56,135 bases of DNA from a virus. Under the pieces are notes generated by a model. It worked only from the letters and a program-made list of their open reading frames with translations, was not told the origin of the DNA and did not search any database. Shown piece after piece: positions 15,946 to 25,008 of this stretch. The translations under genes and the position numbers were made by a program. Within the stretch, counting starts at the first letter, position 1, and the number at the start of each line of letters is the position of its first letter. The stretch lies in IMG/VR virus record IMGVR_UViG_3300045988_130618, positions 1-56,135 of that record; one strand, 5' to 3'.

Positions 15946-17949
15946 TCAAAAAATTATTTTGCATCTTAGAAATTCTTCTTGCAAGTCATTTATATCCCGA
16001 TTATCTGAGTATACAAGTTCTTTTATTATCTTTCCGTGTACATTCTTTCTAAATCTTTCTGTTGCTTTTCTTCCTGCTTCATCAGGGTCAAATGCAAGAA
16101 TATATTCACGAACTGGTAACTTATTTAATATTTCATACTGCTTTTTATTTCCTGTTCCTATCATAGCCATAGCAGGCTTATTATATTTCCAGCAGGTCAA
16201 ACAATTTAAGAATGATTCAGTGATATAAGCCGTTCTATACATTCCAGTAACGAATCTATATCCTTGATATATTGGTTTATCTTCTCCTCTTGGCAATCTG
16301 AAAAACTTGTTTTTAACACTTCGGCTTGCAATAAATCTAACTGTACCATACAAATCTGCAACTGGGAATGTAATCTCATCTCTTGCTTTGTCATATCCTA
16401 TATCAAACCTTTCTATAATTTCATCAGTCAATCCTCTTTCATACATATAAGGATGTATATACCTATATTTGTCTAATTCTTCTTCTGTAATAACTGTTTT
16501 ATCTCCTTCTTCCAAGTCACTTTTCTTTTCATATTCATTTCCTTGTCCAGCTTTTCCCATTTCTCCGGATTTTCCTTTTGATGCTGTTTCAATGCCTTTA
16601 CAAATTCCTCTGGATAAATTGATTTTCCTTGCATTAAATCCCTCCATTATATTTGGTCTTGTTTCAATTTCAACAGTATTAAATCTTTTTATAAGCCATC
16701 TTTTTCCAAATTTTCCTTCATCTTGATATCCATATAATTCGGATATCATTTCCTCTATTGTACCCGCCCAGCCACAAGCAAAGCAATTTCCTGTTAAAAT
16801 ATAACCGTCAAGTGCGAATGAATGTGTGGATGTTTGACAGCAATACACATCTTCATATCTGTCTGTATATTCAACAGAAACTACTTTATGTCTTAATCTC
16901 CCATCATAGGATGATTTATTTTTAATTCCTTTAGCAGTTATAAAAAATGATTGTGGAACATTATTTTTAACGATTCGTAAAGTATATGCATTAGTATCAT
17001 TTTTTACAACCAAACATCCTCTGTTGCCTGCTTTAATATTAGAAGTTCCAATATTAAAAGTTGCTATGCCCAAGTGAACAAAAATATCTCTTATCTTTAA
17101 AATATCTTCTTTTTTTGCAGAATATAAGGATAAACCTCCATTACTTTCATTTCCATCGGCTACAAAATAACCAGCTAAAAAACCCAATAAGTATTCATCG
17201 GTTTCTATATTCATGTCTGGAACTTTTTTTAAATTTCTATATGAACTAAAACATATAGAATCATATTCTATTCCATTTCCTGCTATTGATTTTTTAATAT
17301 TACCTAAATGCTCAAAATATTTAGATATTCCTAAATCTGATTTATTATAAAAGAAACATCTATATTGATACTTTCTATGATGACCAGTCATACAACCATC
17401 ACCATAACAAAATCCGTGTACAATCCCATCTATAGAGGGAATTAGTTCTTCATTTACTTTTGGTAAAATTTTATCTAAATACATCCAATTTTTTAAATCT
17501 TTTGTTTGTATTTTGTTTTTGCGATTTTTCACAATCCACTCATGTTCTGGAGTTGTATAGATTATACGTTCTTTTTCATTTGCAGTTAGTGTAAGTTTCA
17601 TCAGTCGTTGTTTTCCGTAGTTTCTAAATATTACGGTTTCCCAATTACCATTTCCATTTATAATATCAACAGCCTTGTCACACAAACTGGATATTGATTT
17701 TACCCCACTTCTAGTAATGACTTTTGTGTCTGCCTGAAAACAGTGACATTTATCAATTTCTCCATTTACACCAAAAGACGGCTTTCGTTCTTGTCCATTC
17801 TTGTGAAAAGGACAATTCGTCTGCACATTTTCTCCGTTGTTTCTGAAAATATGAAATCTATCTACCCCGTGTTGTGCAAGGTCAAATTTAAGCATATCTA
17901 AGACAGATTGGGTATCAGATTGTATAATTGTATCTTGTAGCTTTATCAA
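15946..17949 (-). CDS. dnaG: DnaG-type DNA primase (zinc finger + TOPRIM) interrupted by an intein; TTG start
   Basis: CPFHKNGQERKPSFGVN...KCH[intein]CFACGWAG zinc finger. C-terminal TOPRIM (AYITESFLNCL...AFDPDEAGRKA). GAGGAGG RBS lies 8 nt before the TTG. Confidence 0.85.
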   Translation of the reverse strand: MIKLQDTIIQSDTQSVLDMLKFDLAQHGVDRFHIFRNNGENVQTNCPFHKNGQERKPSFGVNGEIDKCHCFQADTKVITRSGVKSISSLCDKAVDIINGNGNWETVIFRNYGKQRLMKLTLTANEKERIIYTTPEHEWIVKNRKNKIQTKDLKNWMYLDKILPKVNEELIPSIDGIVHGFCYGDGCMTGHHRKYQYRCFFYNKSDLGISKYFEHLGNIKKSIAGNGIEYDSICFSSYRNLKKVPDMNIETDEYLLGFLAGYFVADGNESNGGLSLYSAKKEDILKIRDIFVHLGIATFNIGTSNIKAGNRGCLVVKNDTNAYTLRIVKNNVPQSFFITAKGIKNKSSYDGRLRHKVVSVEYTDRYEDVYCCQTSTHSFALDGYILTGNCFACGWAGTIEEMISELYGYQDEGKFGKRWLIKRFNTVEIETRPNIMEGFNARKINLSRGICKGIETASKGKSGEMGKAGQGNEYEKKSDLEEGDKTVITEEELDKYRYIHPYMYERGLTDEIIERFDIGYDKARDEITFPVADLYGTVRFIASRSVKNKFFRLPRGEDKPIYQGYRFVTGMYRTAYITESFLNCLTCWKYNKPAMAMIGTGNKKQYEILNKLPVREYILAFDPDEAGRKATERFRKNVHGKIIKELVYSDNRDINDLQEEFLRCKIIF
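16786..17742 (-). mobile_element. Intein (319 aa) with a double-motif LAGLIDADG homing endonuclease, inserted in the primase zinc finger
   Basis: Block A CFQADTKVITRSG; block B TTPEHEW; LAGLIDADG motifs IVHGFCYGDGC and LLGFLAGYFVADGN; C-terminus HSFALDGYILTGN followed by +1 Cys. The exteins rejoin to KCH-CFACGWAG. Confidence 0.8.
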
Positions 17950-17952
17950 GGT

Positions 17953-18222
17953 TTATGCCTCCTCAATCTTTCCAAATAGCTCTTCATACTTTGATAAATC
18001 ATACTTCAACAATAGACACTTAACTTCACTTTCAGTTAAGCTTTCTGCAAAAATAGTAGAGGAAAATGGTTTAGTATAAGTCACTAACCAATTACCTTTC
18101 TTACTTCTCCAAATCTTAGTTTGAAATATTTGAAATATACAGTTATCATTATAATCGCATTTTTCAGAAATCAATTCCATTTTATCTGTATCATATTTTA
18201 AATTATCAATTACAAATATCAT
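17953..18222 (-). CDS. Hypothetical protein
   Basis: 89-aa ORF between the helicase and primase genes. Confidence 0.55.
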   Translation of the reverse strand: MIFVIDNLKYDTDKMELISEKCDYNDNCIFQIFQTKIWRSKKGNWLVTYTKPFSSTIFAESLTESEVKCLLLKYDLSKYEELFGKIEEA

Positions 18223-19491
18223 TTAATATTCCTCCTCTTCTTTATCTTTAAAACTTCGCCTTAAATTCTCTGCTTTCTCTTCATCTTCTTCACCTTTTTC
18301 TGGTTGAGGTATATAATCAAAAGTACCTTTATCAGTATCCCACATATATACCCACTTGATACCTACTCTACTATTTCTTGCTTTAATATTCTGTATTTGT
18401 AAGCCAGTTTCTTTCTGTTGGATAGATAATACGATAGAAGCATTATAAGCTATACCATCACTATCACGTATATTAGTTAAATCTAAATCTTCATTCAGTT
18501 GTCCTTCTCTATTGGACTGCACAACAACTAAAACTGGAATATGTAAATCAATACTTAACTGCATTAAATCTTCTGATATATGTGTTAGTTCAGTTGTCTT
18601 ATTATCACCTCTCTGTTTTCGTTCATCTTTAAGATAAGATATGCCATCTATTGCTAATATATCTAATTTATTAGATTCTACCCAGCTTTTTAATTTTGAT
18701 ACAGTCACATTATTTTTAAAATCTTTTGGATGTGTTACATAAAAAGGAATATTACTTTCTGATAACTTATTTATATATCTTTCATATCCTTGTATATCTT
18801 CTCCTCTATATAAAGCTTGTGAACTTATATGTTGATGTAATGTATCAAATCTATATCCTGTTTTATTAGCGGACATCTCCGGTTCTAATAACCCACAACT
18901 TAAATTCATCTTCCAAGCGTGTTCTAACATTTTAATTAATATCCAAGATTTTCCTTGTCCTGTTCTCGCAAATAAAACTACAAGTTCCTCTCCCTTATGC
19001 CATCCACCTAAATCTTCATCTATCTCTTGAAATCCTGTTGGTATAAAGAAAGTATCTTTATTTTCTCTTGTTTCTTTCCATTCTTCTAATCTATCTTTAG
19101 CATTAGATATGATATTAATACCTTTCTGTCCAGCTTCTATCCTTAAATTAGGTATTTCTTTTTTAAGATAATCTACAGCGGCATAAGAATCTGTTTGTAA
19201 TAATGTAGACATTTTAGTTAGTACTGGAACAGATTGTGAATATAAATATTCTTCTCTAAATGTATTAACAAGATATTCTGTACTTTCAGATACATTAATT
19301 ACATCAAAATCTTGAAATTTTGCTATAAATGTTTCAAGGTCTGGAACATTTCCATATTCTTGTTTATGTTCCATTATATAATCATATTCTTCCTGATACT
19401 GATTAAAATAATCCCTTGTAATATCGTTATTAGCAAGTATAGATATATCTTTATCCTTTAATATTTTATTGATTATTTGTAATTCAACCAT
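18223..19491 (-). CDS. dnaB: DnaB-family replicative helicase
   Basis: Walker A FARTGQGKSW, Walker B ILAIDGISYL, RecA-like C-terminal domain with a DnaB-type N-terminal domain; 422 aa. Confidence 0.85.
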   Translation of the reverse strand: MVELQIINKILKDKDISILANNDITRDYFNQYQEEYDYIMEHKQEYGNVPDLETFIAKFQDFDVINVSESTEYLVNTFREEYLYSQSVPVLTKMSTLLQTDSYAAVDYLKKEIPNLRIEAGQKGINIISNAKDRLEEWKETRENKDTFFIPTGFQEIDEDLGGWHKGEELVVLFARTGQGKSWILIKMLEHAWKMNLSCGLLEPEMSANKTGYRFDTLHQHISSQALYRGEDIQGYERYINKLSESNIPFYVTHPKDFKNNVTVSKLKSWVESNKLDILAIDGISYLKDERKQRGDNKTTELTHISEDLMQLSIDLHIPVLVVVQSNREGQLNEDLDLTNIRDSDGIAYNASIVLSIQQKETGLQIQNIKARNSRVGIKWVYMWDTDKGTFDYIPQPEKGEEDEEKAENLRRSFKDKEEEEY

Positions 19492-20156
19492 TAAAGTATA
19501 CCTCTTTTATCATTTTCTACAAATTCTATAACATTTGAACATTTATACACCCTGCTTGCTAATCTTGTACCAAGTACATTATTAATCTCTTCTTCATTCT
19601 TATTACTTGTATATATATTTGTTTTTCTTGCATTTATCCTACCATCTATATATTGTAGTAATATTTGATGTTCATAACCACTCACAGCACCTTCTCCAAT
19701 ATCATCCCATATAACCAAATCAACAGTAGATATAAGGTTACATAGCTCCTCAAAGCCTTTTACGTCCTGTGAAATTGAACGCTTACAATTATATAAAAAT
19801 GTTGGTACATTAACAAATAAAGCCTTGCAATCTAAACAGCTTCTGTGCCATATTTTATCAAAATAAGCATACATCAAACGTATAGCCCAACTTGTTTTGC
19901 CATTTCCTGGATTTTCTGAATAAATATATAGATTATGTCCTTGCTTTACAAAATCTTCCATATTACTGGATATACCACTTAATGTTCTAAATGCTTTCAT
20001 ATCTCCATCTTGTTTGCACATTAAATCTTTATATTCCCATAAAGATTCAGGAAGTTGTGATTGATTAAAAAGAGAATACATAAGTCTGTATCTTATACAG
20101 TTTTCAGAACATTTCTTAGTACATACTCTTTTATACCAACAATGATTAATATCCAT
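19491..20156 (-). CDS. DnaC/IstB-like AAA+ helicase loader
   Basis: Walker A ENPGNGKTSWA, Walker B DLVIWDDIG. Sits immediately upstream of dnaB. Confidence 0.65.
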   Translation of the reverse strand: MDINHCWYKRVCTKKCSENCIRYRLMYSLFNQSQLPESLWEYKDLMCKQDGDMKAFRTLSGISSNMEDFVKQGHNLYIYSENPGNGKTSWAIRLMYAYFDKIWHRSCLDCKALFVNVPTFLYNCKRSISQDVKGFEELCNLISTVDLVIWDDIGEGAVSGYEHQILLQYIDGRINARKTNIYTSNKNEEEINNVLGTRLASRVYKCSNVIEFVENDKRGIL

Positions 20157-20472
20157 TATTTAAAGCCTCCTGCTTCTGTAACTGTTTCTGAGCTTCTATA
20201 AGTGCGTTCATAGTGGTCATAGCACTATCACAATGATTCTGTAAGGTTTTAATCGTTATATTAAGCTCACCACTATATCTGGCTATCCAATAGCCGTCCT
20301 GAGGTGTTCCACATATAGGATATCCATCATCTCTTAATTTTTGTATAAGGATACGAACATCTCGGCAATTAAGACCTGTATTAAAAGCTATATTTTTATG
20401 ATGTTTTCCACAAGGTTCGGCAGGTATTTCCTGCAATACTAACTCTTTTAAAAATTCTATATCACCTTTCAT
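20146..20472 (-). CDS. Winged-helix (HTH_11/BirA-N-like) DNA-binding protein
   Basis: RDVRILIQKLRDDGYPICGTPQDGYWIA. Confidence 0.4.
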   Translation of the reverse strand: MKGDIEFLKELVLQEIPAEPCGKHHKNIAFNTGLNCRDVRILIQKLRDDGYPICGTPQDGYWIARYSGELNITIKTLQNHCDSAMTTMNALIEAQKQLQKQEALNNGY

Positions 20473-20485
20473 ATAAATGCCTCCT

Positions 20486-21274
20486 TTAAAATTTCATAAG
20501 TGTTCCATTATCCCTCATTTGACGTATTTCTTCTCTACCCTCTTTTGTTGTTGTATCATTAAGTATCAAATCACTTGATACAGTTTTTTTCTTATGAATA
20601 TCTACTAACCATTCAGGTGGTGTTATATATTTATAGTTTCTTTGATAACTTGTATCTATACATTTTTTAATTGTTGTATAATCTTTTCCTGCTATTTTTG
20701 CTATATTAGCTTCTATAGCTCCTTTTGTTTTTATTTTCATTTCTTCTAAAAACTGTTCAATTAATTCTATACTTTCATCATCTTCTATATCATTTTTTAA
20801 ACAAGAATCTATAACAAGTTTTGAAATTGTTGAACTTTTTTTAGAATTTTTTTTATCTATATTATTTTCTATAGTTTTATTTCTATTATTTATATCTATA
20901 TTATTATGTAAAGAATTTTGACACCCCCCTGTCAAATTTTTTGACACCCCCCTGTCAAATTTTTTGACACCCCCCTGTAAAGAATCTTGACATCCTGTCA
21001 AATTAACACGATATGAACAAAACTTGATATTATTTTTAAATTCTTCTTTTTTTATAATTAATCCTTCATTAACAAGTTTATTAAGGGTTGTCATAATTGT
21101 TTGTCTTGAACATCCACACCATGCACATAAATAACTAGCACTGCCAGTAAACTCACAATCTTCAGTCTGTGAGAAACCATATATTATTGCATATACAAGT
21201 AGAGCATTACCTTTTAATCTTAATTCATTGAGCATCCAACCTTGTATTGTGATAAAATTTTCATTTTTAATCAT
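20486..21274 (-). CDS. Replication initiator / replisome organizer with an N-terminal wHTH
   Basis: N-terminus ITIQGWMLNELRLKGNALLVYAIIYGF...SRQTIMTTLNKLVNEGLI. Internal DNA iterons. Located upstream of the loader and helicase genes. Confidence 0.55.
   Translation of the reverse strand: MIKNENFITIQGWMLNELRLKGNALLVYAIIYGFSQTEDCEFTGSASYLCAWCGCSRQTIMTTLNKLVNEGLIIKKEEFKNNIKFCSYRVNLTGCQDSLQGGVKKFDRGVSKNLTGGCQNSLHNNIDINNRNKTIENNIDKKNSKKSSTISKLVIDSCLKNDIEDDESIELIEQFLEEMKIKTKGAIEANIAKIAGKDYTTIKKCIDTSYQRNYKYITPPEWLVDIHKKKTVSSDLILNDTTTKEGREEIRQMRDNGTLMKF
20907..21004. repeat. Iteron array (about four 23-bp units) inside the initiator gene; candidate origin of replication
   Basis: ttgacacccccctgtcaaatttt occurs at 20918-20940 and 20941-20963 (identical). 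Diverged copies lie at 20964-20986 and 20987-21004. Confidence 0.7.
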
Positions 21275-21294
21275 ATAGACATTCTCCTTACATT

Positions 21295-21440
21295 AAAAAA
21301 TCCTTGTTATAAATAGATGTGCCTTTCTTTTTAGTCAGTTGCGAGTTGAATAAAAAGTTAGTTGTGTGTATAAAGACACACCTATTTATAACAAGGATAA
21401 TTGTTATTTTATTAAATTATTCAATATTCAACTCGCAACT
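21295..21440 (-). promoter_or_regulatory. Structured leader of the initiator gene: two interleaved long inverted repeats, one forming a terminator-like hairpin
   Basis: IR-A 21337-21352 pairs with 21425-21440 (16 bp). IR-B 21300-21316 pairs with 21382-21398 (17 bp) and is followed by TTTTT on the minus strand. Confidence 0.6.
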
Positions 21441-21442
21441 AT

Positions 21443-21471
21443 ATTATAACATACACACAATTATTTTACAA
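21443..21471 (-). promoter_or_regulatory. SigmaA-type promoter P10 with an extended -10 (TTGTAA-N17-TGtTATAAT)
   Basis: Minus strand reads TTGTAAaataattgtgtgtatgtTATAAT. Confidence 0.65.
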
Positions 21472-21474
21472 CAC

Positions 21475-22056
21475 TTAATTCATTGAATTTAATTCTTCAA
21501 TCTGAGCATCTACTTCTGCATTGAGTTTAGCCCATAACTGTTCTCTTACATCCTGAATATCCTGCTTAGCCTGTGATACATCCCACTCTTCTTCTGCAAT
21601 AAATTTAAAGTAATTATCACCTTTCTTAATTGTAGCTCCTGATGTATATCTTAAGGATGTTACCTGAATACCTGTAGGAGTATATTCAGATTCTTCTTCC
21701 TTATGTTTTTCTTCTGCTACCTTAACAACCTCTTTATCTGTTTTTTCTGTATTGTTAGAAGCTTCATTTACAGCTGTTTTTGATTTAGTTGTAGTATTTA
21801 TTACCTGCTTAGGTTTGGTAGCTGTATTAGCTTTCTGTGTCGTCTTAGATTTAGCTTCTTTTTTAGGTTCTTCAACTGGTGGATTCATAGGTTCTTCTGT
21901 GACTTCACCTGTATCTGTATCAACATCTACATCACCTGCTTCATATCCTGCACAATCCTCACAAGATATTTTTTTTCCTTCAACCTCCATCATAATACCA
22001 TCACAGCTCTTGCAATACTCATCATTTACATCTCCTGCATACTTACATACCTTCAT
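21475..22056 (-). CDS. Hypothetical protein: Cys-rich N-terminus, then an acidic/Thr-Lys-rich linker
   Basis: CKYAGDVNDEYCKSCDG...CEDCAG; 193 aa. Confidence 0.6.
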   Translation of the reverse strand: MKVCKYAGDVNDEYCKSCDGIMMEVEGKKISCEDCAGYEAGDVDVDTDTGEVTEEPMNPPVEEPKKEAKSKTTQKANTATKPKQVINTTTKSKTAVNEASNNTEKTDKEVVKVAEEKHKEEESEYTPTGIQVTSLRYTSGATIKKGDNYFKFIAEEEWDVSQAKQDIQDVREQLWAKLNAEVDAQIEELNSMN

Positions 22057-22461
22057 TTACTTGTCCTCCTTTTTCTTTGTAATTCTTAAGGTCTGTGTAA
22101 CTGTGTCAATCTTAGCTTTTGATAATGCATTTATATTAAAATCTCCGTTATATACCAATTTTTCAAGAGCATCCTCATCTATATACTCTTTTGTTTTTAT
22201 AACAGAATGAAGCAAAGCTCCATCAAGATTTTCTTTAATAATTTCTATTGCCAAATCTTCATTAAGACTTGATTTTGTTGTGGTTGTAACTGTAGCAGTA
22301 TAATTATCACTGCTGGCAGTAGTTATGCCTTTTTCATTAAAATACTGCTTAATTAAGTTACCTGCTTCAGTGTTAGATTTTTTTAACTTATTTTCTAAGT
22401 CTTTATTCTGCTTATATGAATCTATACAAGCAGAAATATTAAAGCCATTTCTTCTACTCAT
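22057..22461 (-). CDS. Hypothetical protein
   Basis: 134-aa ORF packed in the operon. Confidence 0.55.
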   Translation of the reverse strand: MSRRNGFNISACIDSYKQNKDLENKLKKSNTEAGNLIKQYFNEKGITTASSDNYTATVTTTTKSSLNEDLAIEIIKENLDGALLHSVIKTKEYIDEDALEKLVYNGDFNINALSKAKIDTVTQTLRITKKKEDK

Positions 22462-22762
22462 TATTCTTTAACTCCTTATTCTTCATTATTCTAGTTCCAC
22501 GTCTACCCCATTGATAATAGGCATTAAATTCTGCCATACATCCTTTATATTCAGACTGTAACTTATTCTTAAAATCTTCAAGTTGCTGTATAGCTTCCAT
22601 TGTGAAAAATCTAGTACCTCTATTATCTGTGGTGTAAGTAGGTAGTTTAAGACCTAAAGGCTTTGTATAATTTGGGTCTTCATACCACTTATACCATCTT
22701 TTTAAAGTAGTTGTAGATATGTCAAGAATCTGTGCTGTTCTTGCTGTGGAAAACTTTTCCAT
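22454..22762 (-). CDS. HTH (MerR/excisionase-type) DNA-binding protein
   Basis: FSTARTAQILDISTTTLKRWYKWY. Start moved to the ATG at 22762, 8 nt after GGGAGG. Confidence 0.5.
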   Translation of the reverse strand: MEKFSTARTAQILDISTTTLKRWYKWYEDPNYTKPLGLKLPTYTTDNRGTRFFTMEAIQQLEDFKNKLQSEYKGCMAEFNAYYQWGRRGTRIMKNKELKNNE

Positions 22763-22790
22763 TGGTTTCACCTCCCTTCATATATATTGT

Positions 22791-22819
22791 ATTGTAACAC
22801 ATATAAAATAAAATGTAAA
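22791..22819 (-). promoter_or_regulatory. SigmaA-type promoter P5 (TTTACA-N17-TACAAT)
   Basis: Minus strand reads TTTACAttttattttatatgtgtTACAAT. Confidence 0.6.
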
Positions 22820-22822
22820 GTG

Positions 22823-24538
22823 TTAACCTAATAAGAAATTAATATCATCAACACTTATTTTTCCATCAACAAGAGCATCTGCAATCTGTCCTTTCTTTTC
22901 TACTAATTCCTCAATACGTTCATCAATGGTATTTTTGCATACAAGTGTTATAATATTGACTGTTCCTTGCGTACCTATTCTATGTGCTCTATCTTCTGCC
23001 TGTGCTTTTAATGCCATATTCCAAGGACTATCCAAAAATATAACATTCTGTGCGGCGGTTAATGTAAGTCCTGTTCCCATTGCTCCAATAGTACCAATTA
23101 TAACTTTGCAATTCTTATCAGTCTGAAATCTGGTAACTTCATTCATTCTATCATCTGCCTTAGTATTACCTGTGATATATGCAGGATTATAAGACTTTAA
23201 CTTTTCTTTTGCTATCTCTGTCATTGATTCCCAGTTACTGAAAACAATAGCTTTCTGTCCACTTGCACTTATTTCTTCTATAAGTTCAACCATTCTATCC
23301 ATTTTAGCTGATTCCTGAACTGTCTGTGATAATATACCTGTCCAACCTGTAGCTTGTCTTAATCTAATCATCATAGATAATGGATTGTTTGAAAACTTAA
23401 TTTTCTGTAATTCATTCATAACTCCCATATATACTTCCTTATATATCTGAGCCTGTTTAGCTGTCATATCTACATATTCAATCTTTCTAAGTTTTTCAGG
23501 TAAGTCAAGAACTTCTGTTTTTAATCTTCTAAGCATTACTTCATCCATCAATGCTCTAATTTCCTCAAGGTTCTTGTATCCAACCACTTGTGAACCACCC
23601 CATCCACCTAATGTGCAATAATGCTGTTTGAATTGATAGAAGCTATGCTTTTCATAACCAAGCCAATTCAAAGGGAAATATAAATCAAGTGGATTATTCA
23701 TTAATGGAGTACCACTCATAGCCACCATGTATGAAGCAGATAACAACGACATAGCTCTGCTTTGTAAAGATGTAGGGTCTTTTGACTTGTGGCACTCATC
23801 GAAAGCTATAACTGATATAATTCCTTTTTTACAAAGTTCTTGTAACTTTTCTGCGACTGGAAAATGATATTTGCTTTTACTTATCTTTTCAGCTCCAGCT
23901 CTTAATGTTTCAATATTAGTAATAATGTATCTGCAATCAGGAAGATTGTCTAAATCTTCAAGTTTATCTTTTGTTGAACCCTCATAAGCCTTTCCAGTTG
24001 TTTTTCTAAAACGTGTACCAAGTACCCATCCCTTTTCATCTGAATGTATTCCAATTTCTGACTGCCAGTTATATTTTAAGGAATTAACACCACAAATTAT
24101 AAGTACTTTATTGATTGTATCTGTTTTTTCAAGACAACCTACAAAATCTATAATCTGCTTTGTTTTTCCAAGTCCTTGGTCATCACATAATAGGAATTTC
24201 TTTTTATTCAAACCAAATCTTACACCATCAATCTGGTGATTGAATGGCTTTGTCTTAAACTTAAAATCCTTTGGAATATCAACCTCAAATTCTTGCTTGT
24301 GTAAATCTTCATATATTCCGGATATTTGAATTTCTTCATTCTCAAACTTATTACACAATCCAATAATATTATTAACTGGCATTTCCCAAGTATGATTATC
24401 CGGATTATATACTCTTGTTCCCATCTGCTTGATATAATTCACAATATCCGGATTATAATCAAAAGATACAAAAGCACTCTTTTTTACTAAAATATTGTTG
24501 GAGAGCTTGTCAGGTTCTCCAATATGTATTTTAATCAT
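22823..24538 (-). CDS. SNF2-family helicase/ATPase
   Basis: Motif I DDQGLGKTKQ, motif II FDECHKSK, C-terminal helicase motifs GTGLTLTAA and QAEDRAHRIGQ-like (QAEDRAHRIGT); 571 aa. Confidence 0.9.
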   Translation of the reverse strand: MIKIHIGEPDKLSNNILVKKSAFVSFDYNPDIVNYIKQMGTRVYNPDNHTWEMPVNNIIGLCNKFENEEIQISGIYEDLHKQEFEVDIPKDFKFKTKPFNHQIDGVRFGLNKKKFLLCDDQGLGKTKQIIDFVGCLEKTDTINKVLIICGVNSLKYNWQSEIGIHSDEKGWVLGTRFRKTTGKAYEGSTKDKLEDLDNLPDCRYIITNIETLRAGAEKISKSKYHFPVAEKLQELCKKGIISVIAFDECHKSKDPTSLQSRAMSLLSASYMVAMSGTPLMNNPLDLYFPLNWLGYEKHSFYQFKQHYCTLGGWGGSQVVGYKNLEEIRALMDEVMLRRLKTEVLDLPEKLRKIEYVDMTAKQAQIYKEVYMGVMNELQKIKFSNNPLSMMIRLRQATGWTGILSQTVQESAKMDRMVELIEEISASGQKAIVFSNWESMTEIAKEKLKSYNPAYITGNTKADDRMNEVTRFQTDKNCKVIIGTIGAMGTGLTLTAAQNVIFLDSPWNMALKAQAEDRAHRIGTQGTVNIITLVCKNTIDERIEELVEKKGQIADALVDGKISVDDINFLLG

Positions 24539-24581
24539 TTACTAATTCCTCCTTTTTAATCTCTTTCTTTAACATATTTGT

Positions 24582-24610
24582 ATTGTAATACATACAAACA
24601 TATATGTCAA
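24582..24610 (-). promoter_or_regulatory. SigmaA-type promoter P6 (TTGACA-N17-TACAAT)
   Basis: Minus strand reads TTGACAtatatgtttgtatgtatTACAAT. Confidence 0.75.
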
Positions 24611-24629
24611 GTCTTTTTGTAATTTTTTC

Positions 24630-24662
24630 AAAAAAAAAAATAAAGGAGAATAAATCCCCTTT
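24630..24662 (-). terminator. Rho-independent terminator closing the late/accessory region
   Basis: Minus-strand AAAGGGGA-tttat-TCTCCTTT stem (one G-U pair), followed by A + T10. Confidence 0.7.
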
Positions 24663-24667
24663 ATTTC

Positions 24668-25006
24668 TTATACAATATTTGATTGTGGTATATTTTGCAA
24701 AGATATTAAATGCTTTTTAAATATATCTCTTTCAGACTCTGTACAAGACATATATAATTCACTTAACATCTTACGAATAGTAGATAATAATATTTCCAAA
24801 TTATCTACACTTCTATTATGCATATAATTAATAAATAATCCTTGTATATCTGTTATGGTTTCATCTACATTACTTTCAGGAACCAAATCAACATCACCCA
24901 TTCTTTGTATTTCTGCTAATATTAAAAATGCTTCTACATCAAAGCCTTTGGTGAGTTGATTTTCTGCTAATTGTTTGGCTAAAGGAATTGATTGTTGAAA
25001 TGTCAT
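24668..25006 (-). CDS. Hypothetical acidic protein
   Basis: 112-aa ORF; last gene before the terminator. Confidence 0.55.
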   Translation of the reverse strand: MTFQQSIPLAKQLAENQLTKGFDVEAFLILAEIQRMGDVDLVPESNVDETITDIQGLFINYMHNRSVDNLEILLSTIRKMLSELYMSCTESERDIFKKHLISLQNIPQSNIV

Positions 25007-25008
25007 AA

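Noticed and set aside
20907-21004. The tandem repeats as a mini CRISPR array
   Set aside because: The units abut with no spacers, there are only about four copies, they lie inside a CDS, and no cas genes are present. Iterons fit better.
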